64,000 nucleotides of DNA from Planctomycetota bacterium (GTDB lineage Bacteria > Planctomycetota > UBA1135 > UBA2386). This document shows positions 1-10,204 of the stretch, piece by piece. The position numbers and the translations under genes are program-made. The notes beneath the pieces are model-generated. The model did no database searches, was not told the DNA's origin, and was given only the letters and a program-made list of their open reading frames with translations. Location of the stretch: assembly GCA_965223545.1 (NCBI GenBank), contig OZ245006.1:6368001-6432000 (forward strand), in the 5' to 3' direction. Numbering within the stretch: position 1 is the stretch's first letter; every line of letters begins with the position of its first letter.

Positions 1-315
1 GTTCTCGGTGATCAGATCCTTGCGCTCCATGCCCTTGCCGCGCGGCTTGCTGCCGACCAGCAGCACGAGATCCGCATCCTTGAAGGCCTCGGCCGGCTGG
101 TCCGAGCACTGCACGCTTTGCAGCAACGGAAATGCGCAGTCGAGCAGCTCCATCCTCACCCCGGCGAGCGCCGGCAGCACCGGCGTGATCTCCAGCAGCT
201 GCAGGTGCACCGGCACGTCGGGGCCGAAGATGTCGCCGTGGGCGATGCGCGGTAGCAGGCTGTAACCGATCTGTCCGGCGGCGCCGGTGACCGCGATGCG
301 CTTGGCTTGGCTCAT
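1..315 (-). CDS. mdh: Malate dehydrogenase (5' part; runs off window start)
   Basis: Manual translation from ATG at 315: [31 protein letters not shown]...LQLLEI...[11 protein letters not shown]...[17 protein letters not shown], typical type-2 MDH N-terminus; ATGA overlap with upstream GT stop. Not in ORF track. Confidence 0.93.
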   Translation of the reverse strand, partial: MSQAKRIAVTGAAGQIGYSLLPRIAHGDIFGPDVPVHLQLLEITPVLPALAGVRMELLDCAFPLLQSVQCSDQPAEAFKDADLVLLVGSKPRGKGMERKDLITEN

Positions 316-1316
316 GGCGTCATTCCAGCGCCTCGCGGAGCGTGGGTCCAGCGCGGAGATCGGCGCCGAAGGCGATGGCGGACCCAACGCGCGAGCCCCA
401 GCAGCTGGGCGGGGACCATGCCGCGCAGGTGGGCTGCATAGGCCAGGGCGGCGGCCAGCGAACCGGCGCGGGCCCGGTGGCGCCGCGCGATGCGCAGCAG
501 GTCGAGCGCGACCAGCACGGCCAGCGCCAGCCAGTAGAGGCCGCCGAGCCAGAAGCCGGCGACCACCGCCGCGGTCGCGAGCGCCGCGAGCAGCAGGTTC
601 TTGGTGGTGCGCATCTTCAGCAGTGGAACGCCCAAGCGCCGCTTGGCCCCGATCTGCTCGGCACACGACACGCCGGTAGCGATGCAACGCCGCCAGTAGG
701 CGCCGAAGCGGTGCAGGTCGATGTCGTGCCGCGCCATCAGCAGCGGCAGCTGCACGATCCGGTAGCCCCGGCGGCGGAGCTCGAGCGCGAGCAGCGGCTC
801 CTCTCCCGAGAGGGCCTCCTCCGGGAAGCCGCCGGCCTCTTCGAGGCACGCGCGGCGGACCATCGCGATGCCGCCGAACGCGTCGGCCTCGCCGTCGCCG
901 CGCGGCCAGTCAAGGTGGGCGAACAGGTTGTAGAGCGAGGCCTCCGGCCGGACCTCGTCGAGCCAACCGAACACCGCCGCGACGTCGCCCTCGGCCATCG
1001 CCGCGATGGCGTGGCGAGTCCACTCGGGCGTCAGCAACGCGTCGCCGTCGACGAACTGGATCAGCTCACCGCGCGCCGCGCGCCAACCCGTGTTGCGGCC
1101 CTTGGCCGCGTTGGGTCGGGGATCGTCGACGGTCAGGACGCGGACTCCGGCGGCGGTCGCGATCTCGACCGACCGGTCCGTCGAGTGGCTGTCGACGTAC
1201 AAGATCTCCACGCTGGCGGTCGTATCCTGGGCCTGGATCGCCGCCAGGCATTCCGCCAGACGGGCCTCCTCGTTGCGCCCGATGACCACAAACGAAACAC
1301 GCACGCCGTTCACCAT
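312..1316 (-). CDS. Glycosyltransferase family 2 with C-terminal TM segment
   Basis: [25 protein letters not shown] (DxD), GEEP motifs. Confidence 0.88.
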   Translation of the reverse strand: MVNGVRVSFVVIGRNEEARLAECLAAIQAQDTTASVEILYVDSHSTDRSVEIATAAGVRVLTVDDPRPNAAKGRNTGWRAARGELIQFVDGDALLTPEWTRHAIAAMAEGDVAAVFGWLDEVRPEASLYNLFAHLDWPRGDGEADAFGGIAMVRRACLEEAGGFPEEALSGEEPLLALELRRRGYRIVQLPLLMARHDIDLHRFGAYWRRCIATGVSCAEQIGAKRRLGVPLLKMRTTKNLLLAALATAAVVAGFWLGGLYWLALAVLVALDLLRIARRHRARAGSLAAALAYAAHLRGMVPAQLLGLARWVRHRLRRRSPRWTHAPRGAGMTP

Positions 1317-1388
1317 GGGATGATCGAGCGGCGGCCGCCCTGGACTTGCGCAAACGCACGGCGCAAACGCGCGGACCAGCGCCCGGCG

Positions 1389-1787
1389 CTATTGTCGCAG
1401 CTTCAGCGGGAAACGCGGCTCTTCTTCTTGGCCGCTGGGGTGGCCGTGCGACACCGTGGCGTCGTCCTCCTGCCAGCAGAACACCAGGTCGTCCCCCTGG
1501 GTCCGCCCTGGAAAGTGCACGACCAGCGGGTTGATACGCAGTACCGTGAGATGGTGCCGCTCGAGTTCCTGGCACGCGCGGTGGATGCCGTCCTCCGCCT
1601 CGCAGATGCGCGCACTGAGATCGGCGATCGCGACGCTGAGCCCCTCCGGCGTCGGCGCGTGCTCGAACTCGTCCCGGCGGCGGACCAGTCGGGACCGCTG
1701 GCGCCGGCGCTCCATGATCTCGGCCGAGATCGCGCGCACCAGCGGCAGCATCGCGTTGCACTCAGCCAGGGAGAATCGGGGGGTCAT
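1389..1787 (-). CDS. DUF2203-like protein
   Basis: FSLAECNAMLPLV N-terminus, coiled middle, VHFP...VFCWQ..D...H C-terminus; start moved to ATG 1787. Confidence 0.7.
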   Translation of the reverse strand: MTPRFSLAECNAMLPLVRAISAEIMERRRQRSRLVRRRDEFEHAPTPEGLSVAIADLSARICEAEDGIHRACQELERHHLTVLRINPLVVHFPGRTQGDDLVFCWQEDDATVSHGHPSGQEEEPRFPLKLRQ

Positions 1788-2129
1788 CGCGGGCCTCGGT
1801 TCGGTGTGTGTCTCGGAGTCGGGGGGCCGGCAAGTCGGGGAGCAGCAACGTCCGTGCCGCAGCCGCGGATCATCGCCTCTCGCCGATAGTGACGGGGCAC
1901 CTTCCTGTAACCGACGTCGAATAGGCCGGCCTTGTTTCTCCCGGCCAGCCAAAAATTGGCCGGCGCCATCTTTCTCGGATCTCGGGCGGTGTCGCTTCGC
2001 CGTCGGCTCGGGTCGCGGTGCACGGAATCCCGATAGGCGAGACCGAGGACCGGGTTGGCGATAGGAGTAATGGCGGCGTCCGCCGATCCACTCGGCGAAT
2101 CCCCTTGCACCCGGCTCCGGCGTTTCCCG

Positions 2130-3704
2130 ATGGCTCGATTACCCAACCTCCGCTCGAACCCCTTCGACCTGCACGGTCGCGAGGTCGATCTGTTGATCGT
2201 CGGCGGGGGGATCCACGGCGCGGCGTTCGCCCGGGAGGCGGCGGTGCGCGGCGCGTCGGTCGCGTTGGTCGAGCGCTCGGACTTCGTCGCCGGCACGAGC
2301 GCGCGCAGCTCGCGGTTGATCCACGGCGGTGTGCGCTACCTCGAGCAAGGCCACATCCGACTGGTGCGCGAGGCGCTGCGGGAACGCGAGCGGTTGCTGC
2401 GCGGCGCGCCCCACCTGGTGCGACCGCTGCCGATGTTGATGCCGTTCTACGCGGGGGCGGGCAAGGCGGCGTGGAAGCTGCGGTTGGGGCTGAAGCTGTA
2501 CGACGTGCTCGCCGGGCGCAGCACGATGCCGCGCTCGCGCGCGTACCGGGCAAAGGACTGTCTGCGGCTCTTCCCGGGGCTGCGGGCCGAAGGCTTGCGC
2601 GGCGGGGTGCTCTACTACGACGCGGCCACCGAGGACGTGCGGCTGACCACGGCGGTGCTGCTCGCCGCGGCGGAGGCCGGCGCCACCCTGTGCAACTACG
2701 TCGAGGTCGTCGGCGCCGCGGACGGCGCGGTGCACCTGCGCGAGCAGCGCAGCGGCGCCGACCTGCGCGTCCACGCCCGCTGCGTCGTCAACGCCACCGG
2801 GCCGCGCGTGGATGCACTGCGCGCGCGCCTCGGCATCGACGGCCCCGACCTGGTGCGGGCCAGCCGGGGCAGCCACCTGGTGCTGCCGCCGCTCGGCATC
2901 GAGACCGCGCTGGCGGCGTTCCTGTCCGACGGGCGGATCCAGTTCGTCGTACCGCACCCCACCGGCACGCTGCTCGGCACGACCGAGGTCGCCGGTCGGC
3001 CGGCCGAGGACGAGCCGGGGGTGCCCGACGAAGATGTCGACTACCTGCTGGGCGCCGCCGCCCAGCTGCTGGCCCGGCCACCGGGCCGCGGCGACGTCCT
3101 CAGCGCGTACTGCGGGTGGCGCTCGCTGCCGGCCGGCACCGGCCCCGCCGGGCAGCTCAACCGCGAGGCCTATCTGGTCGAGGAGCGCAGCGCCGCCGGG
3201 CCGGTGCACAGCGTGGTCGGCGGCAAGCTCACCACGCACCGCGCGTTCGCCGAGCGCGGCGTCGGCCAGCTGCTCGGCGTGACGGGCGCATCGCCGACGC
3301 GCACCGCGCCGCTGCCGGGTGGCGCCGGTCCGCGCGAGCCCGAGGATCCCCTGTGGTGGCGCTACGGTTGTGAGGCAGCGGCCGTGCGCGCGCTGGCACA
3401 CGGCTCGCCGGAGCTGCTGCAGCCGTGCTGTCCGCACCGCGAGGTGCTGGGCGTGGAGGTCGTTTGGGGAGTGCGGCGCCTGGGCGCGGTGCAGTTCAGC
3501 GACCTGCTGTTGCGCCGGCTGTTCGACGTGCGGGGGCCGTGTCTCGTGCCCGAGTGCTTGGCCGCGATGCACGCGCTGTTCGCGGCCGAGGGCGATCTGA
3601 CGGCGGCCGCGGGCTACGATGCCGACGTCGCGGCGCTGCGCGCCGAGCTCGACGCGCAGCTCGGCGCGGTCGCGGCACCGTCATGCACGCCGATCTCCCC
3701 GTAG
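2130..3704 (+). CDS. glpD: FAD-dependent glycerol-3-phosphate dehydrogenase/oxidase
   Basis: IVGGGIHG, GTSARSSRLIHGGVRYLE, VVNATGP, SRGSHL, GGKLTT. Confidence 0.9.
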   Translation: MARLPNLRSNPFDLHGREVDLLIVGGGIHGAAFAREAAVRGASVALVERSDFVAGTSARSSRLIHGGVRYLEQGHIRLVREALRERERLLRGAPHLVRPLPMLMPFYAGAGKAAWKLRLGLKLYDVLAGRSTMPRSRAYRAKDCLRLFPGLRAEGLRGGVLYYDAATEDVRLTTAVLLAAAEAGATLCNYVEVVGAADGAVHLREQRSGADLRVHARCVVNATGPRVDALRARLGIDGPDLVRASRGSHLVLPPLGIETALAAFLSDGRIQFVVPHPTGTLLGTTEVAGRPAEDEPGVPDEDVDYLLGAAAQLLARPPGRGDVLSAYCGWRSLPAGTGPAGQLNREAYLVEERSAAGPVHSVVGGKLTTHRAFAERGVGQLLGVTGASPTRTAPLPGGAGPREPEDPLWWRYGCEAAAVRALAHGSPELLQPCCPHREVLGVEVVWGVRRLGAVQFSDLLLRRLFDVRGPCLVPECLAAMHALFAAEGDLTAAAGYDADVAALRAELDAQLGAVAAPSCTPISP

Positions 3705-5095
3705 CGCCCGACCTGCCGGACCATCGCACCTGGCTGAACACCCCGCGGCCACTCTCGCTGTACGGAGAGCTCTGGGGGCACGTCGTGGTCATCTGCTTTT
3801 GGAGCCGCAGCGATGAGCACTCGTGGGTCGTCCTGCGCCAGCTCGGGCAGATCGCCGCCGAGCTCGGGACCCGGCCCTTCGTCGTCGTCACCGTGCACGC
3901 ACCGGTGTTCCCCTGTGATGCCGACGAGGATGCCGTGCGGCGGGCCATCGTCGAGCGGCGCATGCGGCTGCCGGTGCTGATCGACGAGGGCAACGCGGTG
4001 TGGTCCGCCTACGAGTGCCGTTCGTGGCCGACGGTGCTGGTGCTCGACGGCGAGGCCCGGGTCTGTTTTCGCGGCGCCGGCGAGCTCGACGTGGACCGCC
4101 TCCAGCGCGGCCTGCGGGGCCTCCTGGACGACGCCGAGCAGCAGGGGCTCTTGGTCGGTGCCCACCTGCCGCCGGTGGCGCCGCCGGCTGCGCCACCGGC
4201 CGGCGGCCTTTGCGACCCCGGCCAGCTGACGTTCGACTCCGAGCGGGGGTGGCTGTGGTTGGCGGAGACCGGGCGCGCCCGCGTCTTGGCCTTCGACGCG
4301 AGCGGCGCCCCGCGCGCCGTGCTCGGTGGTCCTGAGGTCGGCGCTGAGGTCGCCCTGCACTTGCCGGCCGAAGTCGTCGGCTGGCGTGCTCCCACCGGCG
4401 TCGCGGTTGCCGGTGACCGGTTGTTCGTCAGCGATCGGGAGGGCGGGGTGTGGTCGGTGGACCTGCGTGGTCGTACCGCGCAGCTGCTGCCGATGCCACG
4501 CGAGTTGCACGTGCCGATCGGACTGGCGTTCGGTGACGCGGGGCTGTTGGTGGCCGCCGCGGGCAACCATCAGATCTGGCGGTGGGATGCCGCGTCTGGG
4601 CACGCGAGCGTGTGGGCCGGGACCGGCCGCGCCCGGCATGCCGATGGCGACCGCGAGACGTGCGGGTTCGTCCAGCCGGTCGCGGTCGCGGTCGCCAACG
4701 ACGGTGCCGTCGCGGCGGTCGACGCCCTGGCGAGCGCGTTGCGCGTCGTCGACGCGGCGGGCGCGCGGGTCGAGACCCTGGTCGGCCGCGACGATGCCGC
4801 GTTCGGCGACGCCGACGGTGGCGGTTCGGTCCCGCGGTTGCAGTGGCCCGGCGCGGTGTGCGCGTTGCCGGATGGATGGGCCGTCGTCGATCGCGGCAAT
4901 CACAAGCTGCGGGTGTGGGCCGAAGCAGACCGGACGATGCGCACGGTCTTGGGGCCGGCGCATGGCATGCGCGACCCGCGCGGGGTCGGCTGCGACGGCA
5001 CTGCGTTGTGGGTGGTGTGTGGCGACGCGGAGGGGCTGGTCCGGGTCGGGCTGGCGGACGGCGCGGTGGACGAGGTGGCCGTGGCGCTACCGTGA
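3683..5095 (+). CDS. Thioredoxin-like + NHL-repeat protein (NHLRC2/SOQ1-like), CxxC absent
   Basis: WLNT.RPLSL, VVTVHAP.F, VW.AY....WPT; NHL repeats (AAGNHQIW, RLQWP.AV, DRGNHKLR). Confidence 0.8.
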   Translation: MHADLPVAPDLPDHRTWLNTPRPLSLYGELWGHVVVICFWSRSDEHSWVVLRQLGQIAAELGTRPFVVVTVHAPVFPCDADEDAVRRAIVERRMRLPVLIDEGNAVWSAYECRSWPTVLVLDGEARVCFRGAGELDVDRLQRGLRGLLDDAEQQGLLVGAHLPPVAPPAAPPAGGLCDPGQLTFDSERGWLWLAETGRARVLAFDASGAPRAVLGGPEVGAEVALHLPAEVVGWRAPTGVAVAGDRLFVSDREGGVWSVDLRGRTAQLLPMPRELHVPIGLAFGDAGLLVAAAGNHQIWRWDAASGHASVWAGTGRARHADGDRETCGFVQPVAVAVANDGAVAAVDALASALRVVDAAGARVETLVGRDDAAFGDADGGGSVPRLQWPGAVCALPDGWAVVDRGNHKLRVWAEADRTMRTVLGPAHGMRDPRGVGCDGTALWVVCGDAEGLVRVGLADGAVDEVAVALP

Positions 5096-5112
5096 ACGAG
5101 CGGCGGGTGGGT

Positions 5113-5200
5113 CTCAGCGCGGCCACGGCCGCAACCAAACTCGGATGCCGGTCTTGCCGGCGCGGTCTGGAAGGCCCGACACATCCGCCGCCGCGCTGAG
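5113..5200. repeat. Palindromic REP-like element (module A), empty copy of the IS110 target
   Basis: Terminal IR CTCAGCGCGGC (5113-5123)/GCCGCGCTGAG (5190-5200), inner CGGATG/CATCCG; closely similar to 54186-54208 joined to 56149-56213; lies between convergent genes. Confidence 0.88.
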
Positions 5201-5209
5201 CCCGGAAGC

Positions 5210-6343
5210 TCAAAAACGAACGCTCTGTAGGGTGCCGTCCGGTCGCAGGACGCTGAAGTCGGCGCGCTGACCGACGGCGATCCGGCCGCGGTCGTCCAGC
5301 CCGAGGACCGCCGCCGGATTGGTGGAGATCGCGGCAGCCAGCTGCACCGGGTCGGCGCCGACGGCCGCGGCGAAACGCCGGGCGGCCTCGCTCATCGTCA
5401 GCGCGGCGCCGGCGAGGGCGCCGCGCGCGTCGCGCACGACCCCGTCGCGGTGCTCGACCGGCGCACCGCCGAGCGTGTAGGACCCGTCGGGCATGCCGGC
5501 GGCGCCGACGCTGTCGGTGACCAGCACGGTGCGGGCGGTCCCCAGGCAGCGCCACGCGACGCGCAGCATGCCGGGGTGCACGTGCACGCCGTCGGCGATC
5601 AGCGATGCCCGCAGGCGATCGTCGGTCAACGCCAGTCCCGCCAGCCCCGGCGCGCGATGATGCAGCGGGTCGCTGGCGTTGAACAGGTGGGTGACCAAGC
5701 CGGCGCCCGCCGCCACGCACGCGTCGACCGCGTCCGGGTCTCGCGCCGTGCCATGGCCGAGCGCGACCGCCACGCCCGCTGCGCGCAGCGCGGTGACGGC
5801 GTCCGCCGCGCCGGACCGGTCGGGAGCCAGGGTCACCAGGGCCAGCTGGCCCTGGGCGGCGGCCAGCAGTTCTTCGATCCGGGCTTTGGTCGGATCGCAC
5901 AGCGCGTCCGGCGGGTGTGCGCCGGGAACGCTGAGGAAGGGACCTTCGAGGTGCAGGCCGAGCGGAGTGGCCTGGGTCGTGCCCCCGGGGTGCGCCGCAA
6001 TCCACCGGGCCACCGCCTCGACCTGGGCGCAGAGTCGCTCCCAGGGCGCGGAGATCAGGGTGGGGGCGAAGGCGACCGCGCCACCGCGCCACACCTGCGC
6101 GGCGACGGCGGCGAGGGCCGCGGGATCGGCCTCGTCGACGGCGTGCCCGCCGGCGCCGTTGACCTGTAGATCGATGGCTCCGGGCAAGAGAGTGCCCTCG
6201 ATCCGAACCCGATGCGCCGTGCGGGCTGCGGGAGAGGTCGTGATCGCGCGGATCCGGTGTTCCTCGATCAAGAGATGCGGGCTCTCCAGCAGGCGGCCAT
6301 CGACGGCGGCCACATCAGCGGTGAGGAGCACTGTTTCGCCCAT
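5210..6343 (-). CDS. nagA: N-acetylglucosamine-6-phosphate deacetylase
   Basis: PGAIDLQVNGAGG, GLHLEGPFL, VTLAP, ALGH, THLFNA, IADGVHVHP, LVTDS, LAGA; real gene is the C-terminal part of the 900-aa ORF. Confidence 0.93.
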   Translation of the reverse strand: MGETVLLTADVAAVDGRLLESPHLLIEEHRIRAITTSPAARTAHRVRIEGTLLPGAIDLQVNGAGGHAVDEADPAALAAVAAQVWRGGAVAFAPTLISAPWERLCAQVEAVARWIAAHPGGTTQATPLGLHLEGPFLSVPGAHPPDALCDPTKARIEELLAAAQGQLALVTLAPDRSGAADAVTALRAAGVAVALGHGTARDPDAVDACVAAGAGLVTHLFNASDPLHHRAPGLAGLALTDDRLRASLIADGVHVHPGMLRVAWRCLGTARTVLVTDSVGAAGMPDGSYTLGGAPVEHRDGVVRDARGALAGAALTMSEAARRFAAAVGADPVQLAAAISTNPAAVLGLDDRGRIAVGQRADFSVLRPDGTLQSVRF

Positions 6344-6529
6344 GCCGCACATCTTGCGCGGCGGCGCCGCATGTTGCGCGTCGGGGTGCGGAATCCCCGA
6401 CAGGAGCCGCCGATACGGCGCTACGGACACTGTTCCGCTCGACCGCACAAAGCCCCTTGTCATGGTCGGCAGAGTTGCGGGAATGTCGCTAGGATGTCCC
6501 GCGTCCGTCCCCGACGGAGGAGACACACG

Positions 6530-8065
6530 ATGCCCCCAAGTCTGTCCCAGTTTCTGCTTGCGATGTCCATCGCAGCGGGCCCGGTGCCCGCGTCCGCCCA
6601 GCAGCAGGCCCCGCCCAACATCGTCCTGGTCGTCGCCGACGATCTCGGCTGGACCGACCTGTCGAGCGGTGCCACCAACATGGGCAACCGCTCCCACTAC
6701 TACCGCACGCCGAACATCGACGCGTTGGCCGCGCGCGGCATGGCGTTCGACAACGCCTACGCCAACGGCCCCAACTGCAGCCCGTCCCGCGCAGCACTGA
6801 TGACGGGCAGCCACGCGGCGCGCACCGGTGTGTACACCGTCAACTCGAACGTCCAGGGGAACCCGGCGAACCGGAAGCTGTCGTCCGGGTTCAACGAGCC
6901 GACCCTGCGGGGTCCGTTCGTCACCATGGCCGAGGTGCTGCGCGCCGCGGGCTACGCGACGGGCAACTTCGGCAAGTGGCACCTCGGCGGGTCGGCCGCG
7001 GGCGAGGGCCCGGTGGCGCAGGGGTTCCAGCACAACGCAGCCGGAACGGCGCGCGGCGGGCCGACGGGTGGATCGAACGGCCACTTCGCCCAAGTCAACG
7101 GCGCTTGGAACCTGCCGAACATGCCGCCGAACGGCGTGCCGTTCCAGTTCATGGCGGACCGCGTGACCGACGAGGCTCTGGCGTGGATCGGAGCCAACGC
7201 CGGTGCGCCCTTCTTCGCCCTCGTATCGCACTTCTCGGTGCACCAGCCGACGCAGGCGCCCGCTGCGGCGATCGCCGCCTTCAACGAGGTGGCGCCGACG
7301 GCGCACCACAACAATCACGTGTACGCGGGGCAGCTGAAGAATCTCGACGACAACTTCGGGCGCCTGATCGCGTTCCTCGAAACGACCCAGGATCCGTCGC
7401 GCCCACAGCAGAAGCTCATCGACAACACCCTGGTGATCTTCACGTCCGACAATGGCGGGCTGGGGGGCTACGCCAGTGCTGGCGTCGTCGGTTCGACCGA
7501 GGTGACTTCGCAGGCGCCGCTGAAGTCCGGCAAGAGCTCGCTGTACGAAGGCGGCATCCGGGTGCCGCTGATCGTGCGCTGGGATCGACGGGTGGCCGCC
7601 GACACGGTCTGCTCGACGCCGGTGCAGCTGTTCGACCTGTTTCCCACCCTCGCGGGCTACGCCGGCGCCAGCATTCCCGCTGCGTCGATCGTCGACGGCG
7701 TCGACATCGCGCCGCTGCTGGCCGGCAGTGAGATTCCGCCTCGCCCGCTGTTCTGGCACTTCCCCGCCTACGTGGTGGCGTCGGCCTCGCTCGGCACCTG
7801 GCGCTCGACGCCGAGCTCGGCGATCCGGGTCGGCCGTTGGAAGCTCTTGTTCTTCTACGAGACCCGCTCCTGGGAGTTGTACGATCTGCAGACCGACATC
7901 GGCGAGCTGCACAACTTGGCGTTCGCCCTGCCCGCCCGCGTCACCGCAATGGGGTCGCAGCTGAGCCGCTGGCTGTCGACCACCGGGGCGTCACTGCCCC
8001 GCTACAAGGACGCGTCGGACAGAAACCCGCAGCCGCAGGTGCCGCTGCCGATGCCGGACGCGTAG
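6530..8065 (+). CDS. Secreted Cys-type (FGly) sulfatase
   Basis: GGAGGAG RBS, signal peptide, PNIVLVVADDLG, CSPSRAALMTG, GKWHLG, FTSDNGG, YEGGIRVP, ELYDL. Confidence 0.92.
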   Translation: MPPSLSQFLLAMSIAAGPVPASAQQQAPPNIVLVVADDLGWTDLSSGATNMGNRSHYYRTPNIDALAARGMAFDNAYANGPNCSPSRAALMTGSHAARTGVYTVNSNVQGNPANRKLSSGFNEPTLRGPFVTMAEVLRAAGYATGNFGKWHLGGSAAGEGPVAQGFQHNAAGTARGGPTGGSNGHFAQVNGAWNLPNMPPNGVPFQFMADRVTDEALAWIGANAGAPFFALVSHFSVHQPTQAPAAAIAAFNEVAPTAHHNNHVYAGQLKNLDDNFGRLIAFLETTQDPSRPQQKLIDNTLVIFTSDNGGLGGYASAGVVGSTEVTSQAPLKSGKSSLYEGGIRVPLIVRWDRRVAADTVCSTPVQLFDLFPTLAGYAGASIPAASIVDGVDIAPLLAGSEIPPRPLFWHFPAYVVASASLGTWRSTPSSAIRVGRWKLLFFYETRSWELYDLQTDIGELHNLAFALPARVTAMGSQLSRWLSTTGASLPRYKDASDRNPQPQVPLPMPDA

Positions 8066-8089
8066 ACCGTTCGGCAGGTTCGGCGCGAG

Positions 8090-10078
8090 TCAGCGGCGGT
8101 CGGCGGGAACCAGAGCTTCGATCTTGGCTCGCATGCGCCGCACGTCGTCGGGGCGCTCTTCGGCGAGGTCGTGCAACTCACCGGGGTCGCGGCTCAGATC
8201 GTACAGGTGGGGTATGTCCTTGGCGTCGAGAATGAGGTGCAGCGACCCCTCGTACAGGCACTGCAGCGCGCCGCTGGCATGCGGCAGGTGTCGCGGCTTG
8301 TTGATTCCCTGACCGAGCTCTCCCAGCAGGGGAGTGTCGAGCTCCGCGGTCGCGGGATCCTGCCAAAGCGGGCGCAGCGAGTGGCCCGGGAAGTCGGCGA
8401 TGTCGAGCCCGGTCAGGTCGCAGATCGTCGCCGGCAGGTCGCGCAGGGAGACCGGTCGGGGCACGCGCCGCGGCTGGTCGATCCCCGCCGGAAAGTGCAG
8501 AACCAGCGGGATGTGCAACAACGGGTCGTAGAGGCTGTTGCCGTGGTCGGTCAGGCCGTGCTCGCCGAAGTGTTCGCCGTGGTCGGAGGTGATGACCAGC
8601 ACAGTGTTCTCGAGTGCTCCGCGCTCCCGCAGCGCGTCGACGATGCGTTTGACGAGGTCGTCGAGGTAGAGCAGGCATCCGTCGTAGGCGTCGCGGAACA
8701 CCTGCATTTGCTCGTCGTCCCAATCGCTCCTGGTGTACCAGTCGTCGAGGATGTCCTGCGGCTCGCCGAAGGCCCTGTCGTACGGCGCGGGGGGGCGGTA
8801 GAGCGCGTGTGCGTCGACCAGGTTGAGGAAGGCGAACACCGGCCGCTCCTCGGCTGCGCCCAGCCACTCCACGAAGCCGTCGACGACACGACCGCCGTCG
8901 TTGAAGCGCGCGCTCTGCCGTGAGGCGTGGTCGACCTGCAGCGTGCGCCGGCCGATCGCCGTGCTGGCGACGAACACGGCGGGCTTCAGGTGGTAGTCCT
9001 CGTAGTGTTGGAAGCCGCGCGCCAGACCGTAGTCGCGCGCGCAGTAGACCTTGTTGCCGATGAAGCCCGCGGTGAGATAGCCGCGCGCGGCGAAGGCCTC
9101 GGCCAGCGTTGGGTGCTCGTCGTTCAGCGGCACGAGCCAGCTGGCATTGGTCTCGAACTGAAAGCGGCCGGTGAACATCGCGGTGTGCGACGGCAGCGTC
9201 CACGGTGATGTCGCCAGGGCTCGGTCGAAGACGATGCCGTCGGCGGCCAGGCTGTCCATGAACGGTGTCGTCGGGCGCTCGTAGTCGTACATGCCGAGGT
9301 GGTCGGCGCGCACGGTGTCGAGCACGACGAGGACGACACTCGGCGCGCCGGCGGCGGCGGCGGGTAGGGAGCCCACCGCCGATCGCTCGCGCCACCAGTG
9401 CCAAGTGACCATCGCCGCGCTGATCACGGCGACGACGGCGAGCAGCTTGGGGATCGCGGCCCGGCCGCGCGACAGCAGCGCGGCGCTGGGCCCCAGCGTG
9501 CGGCCCGCGTGCAGTCCCAGGCAGAGGCTCAGAAACCAGGTGACGCCGGGCTCGATGACCCGGTAGTCGACCAGTTGGCTGTACGTCGCGACGGTGGCCA
9601 TCACCGTCACCACCACCGGCAGCCGCACGACACGCGGCGCGATGGTTGCCAGCACGCCGCAGATCGCCCCGAGACCGCCGAACAGGACGATGTGGGACAG
9701 CGTCGCCAGCCACAGGAAGTGCTGCGATTGGCGGGTCACCAGGCCGAAGCCGTGCAGGCGCACCGTATAATGGATCACTTCGACCAGACCCATCAACAAG
9801 CCGCAGCAGAGGCCAAGCGTGAGGCAGGTGAGCAGTGGAGCCGCCGGCGTCGCCGCCCAGTAGCTGGTCCAGCGCTGTCGCCGTGCCGGCGACAGCCAGA
9901 GACCGGCGAACACGATCGCCGCGCCGGCGGCCGCCATCGCGATCTGTGCCGGGCCGACACCCGGGCGCCGGCCCAGGCCGAGCGTGTCGAAGAACAGCCC
10001 GGTGGCGACCAGCGCGCCACCTGCGCACATCACGGCGTTCGAGAGCGCGGTCCGCGGGGCGGGAGTCGAGGTGGCCAT
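8090..10078 (-). CDS. Membrane-anchored sulfatase-like hydrolase/transferase (TLPSH motif)
   Basis: Several N-terminal TM helices then VLDTVRADH, WTLPSHTAMFTG, TSDHGE, HGNSLY; start ATG 10078. Confidence 0.85.
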   Translation of the reverse strand: MATSTPAPRTALSNAVMCAGGALVATGLFFDTLGLGRRPGVGPAQIAMAAAGAAIVFAGLWLSPARRQRWTSYWAATPAAPLLTCLTLGLCCGLLMGLVEVIHYTVRLHGFGLVTRQSQHFLWLATLSHIVLFGGLGAICGVLATIAPRVVRLPVVVTVMATVATYSQLVDYRVIEPGVTWFLSLCLGLHAGRTLGPSAALLSRGRAAIPKLLAVVAVISAAMVTWHWWRERSAVGSLPAAAAGAPSVVLVVLDTVRADHLGMYDYERPTTPFMDSLAADGIVFDRALATSPWTLPSHTAMFTGRFQFETNASWLVPLNDEHPTLAEAFAARGYLTAGFIGNKVYCARDYGLARGFQHYEDYHLKPAVFVASTAIGRRTLQVDHASRQSARFNDGGRVVDGFVEWLGAAEERPVFAFLNLVDAHALYRPPAPYDRAFGEPQDILDDWYTRSDWDDEQMQVFRDAYDGCLLYLDDLVKRIVDALRERGALENTVLVITSDHGEHFGEHGLTDHGNSLYDPLLHIPLVLHFPAGIDQPRRVPRPVSLRDLPATICDLTGLDIADFPGHSLRPLWQDPATAELDTPLLGELGQGINKPRHLPHASGALQCLYEGSLHLILDAKDIPHLYDLSRDPGELHDLAEERPDDVRRMRAKIEALVPADRR

Positions 10079-10204
10079 GGTCCGCGGGATGCTACCCGCC
10101 GGCCTGCGGGGGAGCAGGGCAGATCCCGGCGGCCGCGCGCGGTCGACACCGCGGGCCGGTCGAAATGAGTCAGTTTTGGCCGGGCGCCGTCTTACCTTGA
10201 GGCG

